Origin: an uncultured Candidatus Peribacteria bacterium
GTDB taxonomy: Bacteria > Patescibacteriota > Gracilibacteria > Peribacterales > Peribacteraceae
Reading direction: 5' to 3'
NCBI GenBank assembly: GCA_964373225.1
Contig: CAYJTW010000001.1
Location: forward strand, 1-32,583
Length of the DNA: 32,583 nt
The notes under the pieces are model-generated. The model did no database searches. It saw only the letters and a list, made by a program, of their open reading frames with translations, and was not told the origin of the DNA. Of this stretch, positions 1 to 7,789 are shown piece after piece; position 1 is the stretch's first letter; every line of letters begins with the position of its first letter. The position numbers were made by a program, and so were the translations under genes.

Positions 1-1779
1 CATTTGATCGCCAACCGCGTGCGGAGGCTCGGGGCGTATTCGGAGATTCGCGTTGCGGAGACGAAGGCGAAGGAACTCAAGGGCGCGGCGGGGATCATCC
101 TCAGTGGCGGGCCGCAGAGCGTGTACGAGAAGGGGAGTCCGCAGGCCGATCACGGGATTTTTGAGCTTGGCATTCCCATCCTCGGCCTCTGCTATGGGCA
201 CCAGTGGCTCGCGCACGCGCTCAATGGGAAGGTGAGTCCCGGCAAAACGAAGGAATATGGTCACACGATGATCGAACGGATGGGCGAATCCATGCTTTTC
301 AAAGGACTCCCACAGATCATGACTGTCTGGATGTCGCACGGGGACGAAGTCGCATCTCTTCCCAAAGGGTTTGTCTCCACGGCAAAGTCGTCGGTCTGCT
401 CTGTTGCGGCGATGGCCAATGAGAGCCGAAAAATCTACGGCATCCAGTTTCATATTGAGGTCACACATACCGAGCACGGCATGGAGATACTGAAAAAATT
501 TACGGAGATCTGCAAGCCGGCGCCATGGGGCATCACCTCGTACGCCGACCGCATCGGTGCGGAGATTAAGAAGGAAGTCGGGAAGAAAAAAGTCTTCATG
601 CTCGTCTCCGGCGGCGTCGATTCCACGGTCGCGTTCACGCTCTTGAACAGAGTCCTCGGTCCTTCACGGGTCCAAGGCATGCTCGTCGATACAGGTCTCA
701 TGCGGAAAGATGAGATCAAGCAGATTCAGGCCGCATTCAAGAAGTTGAAGATCAAGAACCTGCATATCGAAGATGCTTCCGAGGAATTCTTCAGGAATTT
801 GAAGGGCGCCACCGATCCGGAGCAGAAGCGAAAGATTATCGGCAGGACGTTCCTGAGTGTTCAGCAGCGGGTGAGTGAGAAGATGGGGCTGACGGGAATG
901 AAAAATGAAAAATTAAAAATGAAAAATGAGTGGTTACTTGGGCAGGGGACAATCTACCCGGATACGATCGAGACCGGAGGCTCAAGGCATGCGGATCAGA
1001 TCAAAACGCACCACAACCGTGTTCATGCCGTGCAGAAGATGATCGATGCGGGGCAGGTGATCGAGCCGCTCAAGGAGCTCTATAAGGATGAAGTCCGGAT
1101 GCTGGGGGAGGAGCTGGGGCTGCCGAAGGAACTCGTGTGGAGGCATCCGTTTCCGGGCCCGGGGCTGGGGGTGCGCATACTCTGCGTGGCCTCAGCGGGT
1201 TCACTGCGGGCGTCACCGTGTGACGCCCTTACCGTGCCGCACGTCGTGCTCCCCATTCGCTCCGTAGGAGTTCAGGGCGATGGTCGCACGTACCGGCATG
1301 CAGTTGCGCTCTTCTCGCGTCATCCATGCAAAGTGACACCCGAGCACAAGTCGCTCGCGACCTCGATCCCGAATACCAATAAGGAGATCAACCGCGTGCT
1401 GCTGTGCACGAGTCACCCTTCGACAGGCTCAGGGCAAGTTCCGGTGGAGTTCTCCGTGACGCCGGGGACGGTCACCCGCGAGCGCGCCGAACTCCTGCGC
1501 GAGGCCGATGCAATCGTTCAACAAGAGATGCGTGCGGCGGATCTCTACGGCGTCATCTGGCAATTCCCGGTCGTTCTGCTCCCGTTCGGTGCGAAGAAGG
1601 GGAATCAGTCGATTGTTCTGCGCCCGATCGTCTCGGTCGATGCGATGACGGCGAATGCGTATCTGGTCGAGCAGAGCGTACTGGAAACAATCACGCGGCG
1701 ACTGCTCGATCTCAAAGGCATTGATACGGTGTTCTTGGATCTGACCAATAAGCCCCCCGGGACGATTGAGTGGGAGTGA
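1..1779 (+). CDS. guaA: GMP synthase (glutamine-hydrolysing); 5' end truncated by window edge
   Basis: GATase motifs GLCYGHQ and QFHIEV, ATP-pyrophosphatase P-loop SGGVDSTV, KRKIIG...QGTIYPD, C-terminal PPGTIEWE. The frame is open to position 1, and the first residues align to about residue 15-20 of full-length GuaA. Confidence 0.95.
   Translation, partial: HLIANRVRRLGAYSEIRVAETKAKELKGAAGIILSGGPQSVYEKGSPQADHGIFELGIPILGLCYGHQWLAHALNGKVSPGKTKEYGHTMIERMGESMLFKGLPQIMTVWMSHGDEVASLPKGFVSTAKSSVCSVAAMANESRKIYGIQFHIEVTHTEHGMEILKKFTEICKPAPWGITSYADRIGAEIKKEVGKKKVFMLVSGGVDSTVAFTLLNRVLGPSRVQGMLVDTGLMRKDEIKQIQAAFKKLKIKNLHIEDASEEFFRNLKGATDPEQKRKIIGRTFLSVQQRVSEKMGLTGMKNEKLKMKNEWLLGQGTIYPDTIETGGSRHADQIKTHHNRVHAVQKMIDAGQVIEPLKELYKDEVRMLGEELGLPKELVWRHPFPGPGLGVRILCVASAGSLRASPCDALTVPHVVLPIRSVGVQGDGRTYRHAVALFSRHPCKVTPEHKSLATSIPNTNKEINRVLLCTSHPSTGSGQVPVEFSVTPGTVTRERAELLREADAIVQQEMRAADLYGVIWQFPVVLLPFGAKKGNQSIVLRPIVSVDAMTANAYLVEQSVLETITRRLLDLKGIDTVFLDLTNKPPGTIEWE
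897..930. repeat. Heptamer tandem array AATGAAA/AATGAAA/AATTAAA/AATGAAA/AATGAG, in-frame inside guaA
   Basis: Read directly from the sequence. Pure A/T/G tract in a GC-rich gene; encodes MKNEKLKMKNE. Confidence 0.9.
1416..1438. repeat. Copy 1 of a dispersed 23-nt element CCCTTCGACAGGCTCAGGGCAAG, in-frame in guaA
   Basis: Near-identical to 16706-16728 (CCCTTCGACAAGCTCAGGGTGAC). Encodes PSTGSGQ here. Confidence 0.8.
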
Positions 1780-1780
1780 G

Positions 1781-2389
1781 ATGGATGCGGAGATCGTCAA
1801 TGCTATACTGCGTTCTCTCATGCAGCAGCAATTACCGGAGAGCGAACTCCAGCGGCTCGTGGTCAAGGCGCAGAATGGCGATACCGATGCGTTCGAGACG
1901 CTATACCTGCAGTTTTTTCTCCCCATCTACCGCTACACGGCGTTCCGCGTCCCCTCCGAAATCGCGGAGGACATCGTCGCCGACGTATTCGTGAAGGCGT
2001 GGGAGAAGATTCATCAGTACAGGACGAAAAAAGGTGTGCCGTTCGGCGCGTGGTTGTTTCGTATCGCGCGACACACGGTGATCGACACCTACCGCCATGA
2101 GCGCAATTTCGAGGAAGTGTCCGAAGACCTCGCCGATCCCGACGTGCTCAACCGCGCCGATGCGCATGTGAAGAACCGCGACGTGCTGAGGATCGTCCGG
2201 GAAGCGCTGGAGAAGCTCCCCCGGCGCTACCGGGAAATTCTTGTCCTTTCGTACATTGCCGAGCTGCCCCACAACGAGGTTGCCCGAGTTCTGAAGATGA
2301 CCGAGGGGGGAGTGCGGATTCTGAAGTTCCGGGCGCTGCGCAAATTGGAGGCCCTCTTACCCCCCGATATCAACGACCGTTCATCATGA
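1781..2389 (+). CDS. ECF-type RNA polymerase sigma factor (sigma-70 family, regions 2 and 4)
   Basis: Region 2 DIVADVFVKAWEKIHQY..FGAWLFRIARH. Region 4 HTH LPRRYREILVLSYIAELPHNEVARVLKMTEGGVRILKFRALRKL. ATG at 1781 lies 2 nt after the guaA stop; the ORF track's TTG at 1766 overlaps guaA. Confidence 0.9.
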   Translation: MDAEIVNAILRSLMQQQLPESELQRLVVKAQNGDTDAFETLYLQFFLPIYRYTAFRVPSEIAEDIVADVFVKAWEKIHQYRTKKGVPFGAWLFRIARHTVIDTYRHERNFEEVSEDLADPDVLNRADAHVKNRDVLRIVREALEKLPRRYREILVLSYIAELPHNEVARVLKMTEGGVRILKFRALRKLEALLPPDINDRSS

Positions 2390-2444
2390 TCACCTTTTTA
2401 GCTCAATTTTGTGTAACACAAGGCAAAATTTCCCGTTTTAACTC

Positions 2445-4448
2445 ATGCATCCGGATAGAAAATCCATCATGAGATCCAACTCTCCATCTCCGGCACACGG
2501 ATCCGAGCATCTGCTCCGGCAGGCGGCATCGAATCTCACGCCGGACGCCGGCGCGCAAGCGCGCGTCAAGCGCATGATCCTCGCCCAACTCCGTGCTCCG
2601 CATCTGCTCAATCAGGTTCGCGAGGGACTGACGCCGTCGTCGGGACTCATCAAGGATCTATGGTCGCGCATTCTCTCGTCGATTGATCCGATCAGGCACC
2701 TCACGCTCTGGGAGCGTCTTCGCGAACATCTGAAGCCGGCTGCCGGAGCACGTGAACTTCTGTGGAGCAGATTCTCCGTCCGCCTCGAGCCGTCCTACGC
2801 GCGATATGCGGCGTCCGGTCCGGTCAAATGGGTCGCGGCATGCGCCATTGTTCTTGTTGCCGCCCGCGTGAGTCCGCTGCTCTTCCTCGCGCCCGCGTCC
2901 ATCGCGGAATCCCCGGTGACGCTCTTTGCGCGCGAAGGGCGGGTGGAAGTGCTTCTCGGATCGCTGTGGCAGCCGATCACCGGTGAAGTTTCCCTCAATT
3001 CCCCGACCCGCTTGCAAACCCAGAATGGCAAGGCGACGATCGTCACGCACGATGACGCGGTGTTCCGTTTTGCGCCCTACACGCGGGGCCAGCTGGTTGA
3101 TCTTTCCGACCGTCCGCAGTTCTCGGTGCAGGAGACGACGGTGGCGCTCGAAGAGGGAGAACTGTGGGTCCTCGGGCTTGTTCCCAAGCAGGTGCGCGCG
3201 ATCACGGTTCTCACCTCGCAGGGGCGCGTGTTCATCCACGAAGGCAGCGTTTCCATACAACAATCCCCCAGGAAAGTGGTGATTCGCGTGCTCGACCGCA
3301 GCGCCGTCGTGTCGCGTCACGGTCACCGGATATCGCTCGTCGCCGGAGAACAAACCGTGCTCAGCGGCGAGAATGAACCCGTTGCGACAAAAATGGATTC
3401 ATCGGTCTTCCAGGAGGCCTGGGTGGCCGGCAACCTCAGCCGCGACGCGGCCCACCAGCGCGAGATCGCACAGCTGCAGCAGGAGCGCCGCGCCGGAGCC
3501 GCCGGAATTTTGCCCGGTTCGCGCTTCTATCCTGTGAAGCGTCTGGCCGAAACGGTCGATGTGCTCTTCTCTCTCAGCGAAGAGGAACGCGCGCGTAAAC
3601 TCATCACGCAGGCCAACACGCGCCTCAACGAAGCCGCCGCGATGATTTCCAGTGGAGGGACGCAGGCCGCGGAGAATGCATTGCAAGAGTACAAGGATAC
3701 GCTCCTCCAGGTGGCCAGCGGCTCGGGAGGAAGTCCCGTTGTCCAATTACTGCTGCAGACGGAAGTCGTCGATGCCGGACCGGCCACGGTAGCCGCGGCG
3801 CTGCCGGGCGACCCGGGCTACGCACTCAAGCTGGCGGTCGATGACACCATCGCCGCACTGCCCGATACCGTCACGAAGCCCGATGTGGAAGGCGAGGCTC
3901 TCATTGACCAGTTGATCGTGGCCAAGCGCCAGGCGGAGCAGGGCGATACGCAGCTGGCGATGGAGACACTCTCCGGACTCCGCGATTCCATCGCGTCGCT
4001 GGACTCAACGGGCGCCCTCAATCTCGTGGCGGCCGATGTCCGGCATGAAGCCAAAGCAGTCGTGCAACAAGTGGCGGCTGCGGTCCAGGGTCCGGTGCTC
4101 GGCATCGGACTCGCGCTCGGCGTCCCCGAAAAAGATCTGGTGCTCCCGCAGCATCCCTCGCGCACGCTCCTCATCCGCCCGCTCACGCCCGAGCAGGTCA
4201 CCGCCAAGGCGCAGGAGATCCGTGGGCGCATCTTCGTCTACGGCACCAAGAAGGCCAGGTACGACGCTCTCGAAGACCGGATGCGGCTCCTGCTGAACCA
4301 TCCCGACCGCGGTCGCATTCTCCGCGAACTCGGCAAGTCTCTCCCGCGCGACGGGCTTGCGCAGCGCGTTACCCGCGAGATCCGGACGGTGACCGAGGAG
4401 GTGCGGCTGCAAGTCACAGCGAGCGGGGGAACGGCTGCAGCTCAATGA
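2445..4448 (+). CDS. Single-pass membrane protein, probable anti-sigma factor (FecR-like beta-rich domain plus long helical C-terminal domain)
   Basis: Immediately downstream of the ECF sigma gene. One TM segment (VKWVAACAIVLVAARVSPLLFLAPA). The extracytoplasmic beta-rich segment resembles FecR, and the helical part FYPVKRLAETVDVLFSLSEEERARKLI resembles DUF5667-type domains (recalled from memory). Confidence 0.6.
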   Translation: MHPDRKSIMRSNSPSPAHGSEHLLRQAASNLTPDAGAQARVKRMILAQLRAPHLLNQVREGLTPSSGLIKDLWSRILSSIDPIRHLTLWERLREHLKPAAGARELLWSRFSVRLEPSYARYAASGPVKWVAACAIVLVAARVSPLLFLAPASIAESPVTLFAREGRVEVLLGSLWQPITGEVSLNSPTRLQTQNGKATIVTHDDAVFRFAPYTRGQLVDLSDRPQFSVQETTVALEEGELWVLGLVPKQVRAITVLTSQGRVFIHEGSVSIQQSPRKVVIRVLDRSAVVSRHGHRISLVAGEQTVLSGENEPVATKMDSSVFQEAWVAGNLSRDAAHQREIAQLQQERRAGAAGILPGSRFYPVKRLAETVDVLFSLSEEERARKLITQANTRLNEAAAMISSGGTQAAENALQEYKDTLLQVASGSGGSPVVQLLLQTEVVDAGPATVAAALPGDPGYALKLAVDDTIAALPDTVTKPDVEGEALIDQLIVAKRQAEQGDTQLAMETLSGLRDSIASLDSTGALNLVAADVRHEAKAVVQQVAAAVQGPVLGIGLALGVPEKDLVLPQHPSRTLLIRPLTPEQVTAKAQEIRGRIFVYGTKKARYDALEDRMRLLLNHPDRGRILRELGKSLPRDGLAQRVTREIRTVTEEVRLQVTASGGTAAAQ

Positions 4449-4459
4449 CGCACGCGAAA

Positions 4460-4522
4460 CGTTAATTGGTTAATTCGTTCACTCGTATTCTGGTAAACGA
4501 ATTAACCAGTTAACGAATTAAC
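4460..4522. promoter_or_regulatory. AT-rich 20-bp inverted repeat (one T/C mismatch, G-U in RNA) with 16-nt loop, plus a third AACGAATTAAC copy, between the anti-sigma gene and efp
   Basis: CGTTAATTGGTTAATTCGTT (4460-4479) pairs with AACGAATTAACCAGTTAACG (4496-4515). AACGAATTAAC repeats at 4512-4522. There is no U-tract after the stem. Confidence 0.6.
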
Positions 4523-4578
4523 GAGCATGTTTGACCTTTCCTTGCGCAATTTCTCTTCCACCATTACCCTCGCATTCC

Positions 4579-5142
4579 ATGGCCATGTACACCATCACCG
4601 ACCTCAAACCCGGCCGCGCCGTCTCGATCGACGGCCAGCCGTACCTGGTGCTCACCTCGCAGTTTGGCCGCAAAAGCCAGAGCAAGGCGAACATGCAGTG
4701 CAAACTCAAGAATCTGCAGACCGGCGTGATCATGGCGCGCAACTTCCAGGGCAGCGAGAAAATCGAGCAGGCGGATGTGGGCTTCAAGAACGTGCAATAC
4801 CTGTATGGCGACCAGACCTCGTGTACGTTCATGGATCTCGAGACCTACGACCAGTTTGCGCTGCAGAAGAACGACATCGAAGATCTGGTCGGTTTCCTGA
4901 CCGACGGTCTCGAAGTCGATGCACTCATGTACGGCGAAAAGCCAATCAGCATCAAGTTACCGTCGACCGTCATCCTCACAGTCCTCGAAACGATTCCGGG
5001 CGTTAAAGGAGATACTGCGACGGGGGGAGGCAAGCCGGCGAAGCTCGACACAGGGCTCACCGTCACCGTGCCGCTCTTCATCAGCGAGGGCGACAAGATC
5101 ATCGTCAATACGGAGACGGGGGAGTATAAGGAGCGGGCATAA
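4579..5142 (+). CDS. efp: Elongation factor P
   Basis: KPGRAVSIDGQPYLV..., C-terminal GVKGDTATGGGKPAKLDTGLTVTVPLFISEGDKIIVNTETGEYKERA. The ATG at 4579 gives the typical 187 aa, so the ORF-track start at 4531 is probably too early. Confidence 0.93.
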   Translation: MAMYTITDLKPGRAVSIDGQPYLVLTSQFGRKSQSKANMQCKLKNLQTGVIMARNFQGSEKIEQADVGFKNVQYLYGDQTSCTFMDLETYDQFALQKNDIEDLVGFLTDGLEVDALMYGEKPISIKLPSTVILTVLETIPGVKGDTATGGGKPAKLDTGLTVTVPLFISEGDKIIVNTETGEYKERA

Positions 5143-5307
5143 GGGAATTTTGGCTGTAGGAAGGGCAAAGGGAGCGGGCCTTCGGCCCGCGTTCCACGGG
5201 GCCATGGAACTGAAATTATGTTTTCCTGAAGCCAAAAACTCCATTTTTCATTTTCAATCTTTTTTTCAGGGGCAGATTTCTCTTTGGGGAGGAAGCAGAG
5301 TGTAAAT

Positions 5308-5745
5308 ATGTTTCAGCGCCATCCCATTCAGAATGATGCCATTCTGTTTATCACAACGAATACCGCGAAGAGACGGAAGGTCTTCGGGGAATCTGTCAAT
5401 GCCAGAGAAGCCATAGAAACTCTTTACAGAGTTCAAGAGCTCCATCCATTTATTCTTTATGCATTTGTGATCATGCCGGATCATTGTCATTTACTCATGA
5501 GACCGATTCCTCCCATTCAAGTCTCTACCATCATGAGGGTATTCAAATCCGGTGTGAGTTTTAACTTGGGAATCGGTCCGATTTGGCAGACTCGCTTTCA
5601 TTTGAAGGAAGTTGAGAGTGTCACCAGAGTCATCCAATACATTCATAACAATCCTGTTCGGGCAGGCTTCGCTGAGAGTGCAGAGAAATATCCATGGTCA
5701 TCAGCAAGTGGGCGATGGGAAATCACTGAATGGGGATGCCTGTAG
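5308..5745 (+). CDS. REP-associated tyrosine transposase (RAYT; IS200/IS605-like Y1 HUH transposase)
   Basis: HUH motif in MPDHCHLLM; catalytic-Tyr motif IQYIHNNPVRAG..YPWSS; about 145 aa; flanked by REP hairpins. Confidence 0.85.
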   Translation: MFQRHPIQNDAILFITTNTAKRRKVFGESVNAREAIETLYRVQELHPFILYAFVIMPDHCHLLMRPIPPIQVSTIMRVFKSGVSFNLGIGPIWQTRFHLKEVESVTRVIQYIHNNPVRAGFAESAEKYPWSSASGRWEITEWGCL

Positions 5746-5760
5746 TGTTGCATTTCTTAC

Positions 5761-5827
5761 GCGGGCCGAAGGCCCGCTCCAATAAAAGGCCGAAGGCCCG
5801 CTCCCATGGAAAGCCGAAGGCCCGCTC
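5761..5827. repeat. Three tandem REP copies (core GGCCGAAGGCCCGCTC, 24-nt period); stems shorten from 7 to 4 to 3 bp
   Basis: Read directly: copies at 5761-5780, 5788-5804 and 5813-5827. They lie between the convergent RAYT and gatB genes. Confidence 0.9.
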
Positions 5828-5840
5828 TCTTGGAAGAATC

Positions 5841-7319
5841 TCAATTTTTCATCTTCTTCATCAATATCTCATTTACTTTTACAGGGTTTGCTTTCCCTTC
5901 CGATTTTTTCATGACCCAACCAACAATGGCACCCAAGGCAGACTTCTTACCGCTATTGAAATCTTCTACAGCTTTAGAATTTTCTGTAATTGCCTGATCG
6001 ACCCAGTATTCAATTTCGCTATCGTCAACTTTTCTTATGCCTTTTGTATCAATCAGATGATCAATCGTACCACCCTTTTGAACAATTGTATCCAAGAAAT
6101 CCTTGGCCTGATTTTTGTCGATAATTCCCTCATTCACTTTATCAATTATAGCGATAGTCTGCTCAAGCACTATTTTGAAATCCATTTCATCTGTGGGTCT
6201 GTTTTTCCTTTTTTCTTTATTTATGAAGCCTGCTATTTGCGTGAGAACCAAACTTCTTGTCCATTTTATGTCGTCGGTCTTGGCATGCACGGCATCAAAG
6301 AGCCCCCGCATCGCAGGCTGATCAATCAGCGTCGCTGCTTCGCTGTCATTCAATCCCATCGCGAGGTAGTGCTTCTTGCGCTCACGGGGCAGGACAACGG
6401 GTTCCGGTTGGATCTTTAACAGCATCTTCTCGTCGATCAACAGCGGAGGAATATCGGGCTCCGGGAAGTAGCGGTAGTCATCCGCGGTTTCCTTCTCGCG
6501 CAGGAGGCGCGTCTTCCCCTCGTCGTCCATCCATCCGACGGTGATGTCGCCTTTGAGCGGCCCTCCGGTCTCGTCCCATGACTTCCGTAGTCGCGCTTCT
6601 TCATACTGTAGCGCTCGTTCCAGTGCCTTGAAGGAGTTCAGATTCTTGATCTCGCTGCGGGGGTTCAGTTTTGCTGTTCCCTTCTCACGCAGGCTGATGC
6701 TCGCGTCGAAGCGCATCATCCCTTTGAACATGTCGGCCTCGGAGGCATTCACCGCGATCAGGATCCTCCGGAGCTCTTCGGCGAACGTGACGGCTTCATC
6801 GGCGGATCGCAAGTCCGGCTCCGTGACGATCTCCATCAGGGGGGTTCCCGCGCGGTTGTAGTCGCAGAGGGTCACCGATCCACGATGCGTCAGCTTTCCT
6901 GCGTCATTCTCCATGTGGAGGCGGGTGATGCGGCAGCGGCGAGAAGAAACCGAGGGAGCCGAAGAAACCGAGGAGTCCGAGGACCGGAGGTCAAACTCGA
7001 CTTCACCGTGTGAGGCCAATGGGAAGTCATACTGGGAGATTTGGAATCCCGACGGGAGGTCGGGGTAAAAGTAGTGCTTGCGGTCGAAATGACTATCCCT
7101 GTTGACCGTGCACTTGAGCGCCAGCGACATCTTCACCGCCTTGATGATCGCCTCGCGGTTCGGCACCGGTAGCGTCCCCGGATGGCCCATGCAGATCTCG
7201 CACACCGTCGTATTCGGTTCTTTGCCGAACGCGTCGTTGTCGCACCCGCAGAACATCTTTGTCTTCGTGTTCATCTGGGCGTGGACCTCCAGGCCAATGA
7301 TGGCTTCCAGTTGAGACAT
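5841..7319 (-). CDS. gatB: Asp-tRNA(Asn)/Glu-tRNA(Gln) amidotransferase subunit B
   Basis: IGLEVHAQMNTKTKMFCGC, GHPGTLPVPN, ITRLHMENDAGK, and a C-terminal GatB/YqeY-like domain. Confidence 0.95.
   Translation of the reverse strand: MSQLEAIIGLEVHAQMNTKTKMFCGCDNDAFGKEPNTTVCEICMGHPGTLPVPNREAIIKAVKMSLALKCTVNRDSHFDRKHYFYPDLPSGFQISQYDFPLASHGEVEFDLRSSDSSVSSAPSVSSRRCRITRLHMENDAGKLTHRGSVTLCDYNRAGTPLMEIVTEPDLRSADEAVTFAEELRRILIAVNASEADMFKGMMRFDASISLREKGTAKLNPRSEIKNLNSFKALERALQYEEARLRKSWDETGGPLKGDITVGWMDDEGKTRLLREKETADDYRYFPEPDIPPLLIDEKMLLKIQPEPVVLPRERKKHYLAMGLNDSEAATLIDQPAMRGLFDAVHAKTDDIKWTRSLVLTQIAGFINKEKRKNRPTDEMDFKIVLEQTIAIIDKVNEGIIDKNQAKDFLDTIVQKGGTIDHLIDTKGIRKVDDSEIEYWVDQAITENSKAVEDFNSGKKSALGAIVGWVMKKSEGKANPVKVNEILMKKMKN
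6943..6990. repeat. 18-nt tandem duplication (GAAGAAACCGAGGGAGCC / GAAGAAACCGAGGAGTCC, plus a partial unit), in-frame in gatB
   Basis: Read directly. Encodes the Ser-rich stretch SSDSSVSSAPSVSS just before the ITRLHMENDAGK motif. Confidence 0.85.
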
Positions 7320-7333
7320 GCCTGAACTGTAGC

Positions 7334-7362
7334 AGTTTTTAGTTTGTAGTTTGTAGTTTTTT
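7334..7362. repeat. Left arm: heptamer array AGTTTT-TAGTTTG-TAGTTTG-TAGTTTT upstream of the four-helix-bundle gene
   Basis: Its first 19 nt are the exact reverse complement of the end of the right arm (7765-7794). Confidence 0.85.
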
Positions 7363-7405
7363 CGTGACTTGCTCCTGCTTCTCGAAAGCCTTAGAGTAAC
7401 CTGCT

Positions 7406-7789
7406 ATGGGTTCACGCAGTTATAAAGACCTCATTGTGTGGCAGAAAGCTATCTTATTAGTGAAGGAAATCTATGCGATCACGGAGCATTTTCCCCGATC
7501 AGAAAATTTTGGTCTGACAACCCAAATGCAGCGTGCAGCAGTCTCCATTGCTTCCAATATCGCGGAAGGAAGCAAAAGGTCCACCAAAAAGGATTTCCGA
7601 AAATATGTTCATATTGCTTATGGATCTGGTGCGGAACTAGAGACTCAAATTGAAATTGCAAAACAGTTGCCGTTTACAGCGTCTCTGAATTTTCAACTTG
7701 CAGAATCTTTACTCGATGAAATCATGAGAATGCTCAACGGTCTTGCGGCAAGTTTAACTCCCTCAAAAACTCTAAAAACTACAAACTAA
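7406..7789 (+). CDS. Four-helix-bundle protein (23S rRNA intervening-sequence protein / Avd-like family)
   Basis: YKDLIVWQKA..LVKEIY..T..FP..E.FGLTTQMQRAAVSIASNIAEGS.R.T.KDF..Y..IAYGSGAELETQ is the family signature. Confidence 0.88.
   Translation: MGSRSYKDLIVWQKAILLVKEIYAITEHFPRSENFGLTTQMQRAAVSIASNIAEGSKRSTKKDFRKYVHIAYGSGAELETQIEIAKQLPFTASLNFQLAESLLDEIMRMLNGLAASLTPSKTLKTTN

Larger units (their letters stand above)
5171..5827 (+). mobile_element. REP-RAYT unit: Y1/HUH transposase gene flanked by oppositely oriented REP hairpins
   Basis: Upstream GGAGCGGGCCTTCGGCCCGC (5171-5190) is the exact reverse complement of downstream GCGGGCCGAAGGCCCGCTCC (5761-5780). Two further decaying copies follow with a 24-nt period. 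Confidence 0.8.

Noticed and set aside
2409-2421. Small palindrome TTGTGT-A-ACACAA between the sigma and anti-sigma genes
   Set aside because: It is only 6-bp arms, which is expected by chance in an AT-rich spacer, and there is no second copy in the window.
4663-4695. Atypical EF-P modification loop (FGRKSQSKANM instead of a PGKG-type motif)
   Set aside because: A Lys is still present at position 32 of the predicted protein, and the difference may be only a 2-residue longer strand. This cannot be judged without a proper alignment.
5761-5827. Possible CRISPR array (and likewise the 7-9-nt arrays elsewhere)
   Set aside because: The periods are 24 nt or less with no unique spacers of CRISPR size. 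Copies degrade rapidly, and there are no cas genes in the window.
5730-6419. 229-aa plus-strand ORF starting in the REP array
   Set aside because: Its N-terminus is just the translated REP copies (PKARS repeated), and the rest is antisense to the gatB C-terminal domain.
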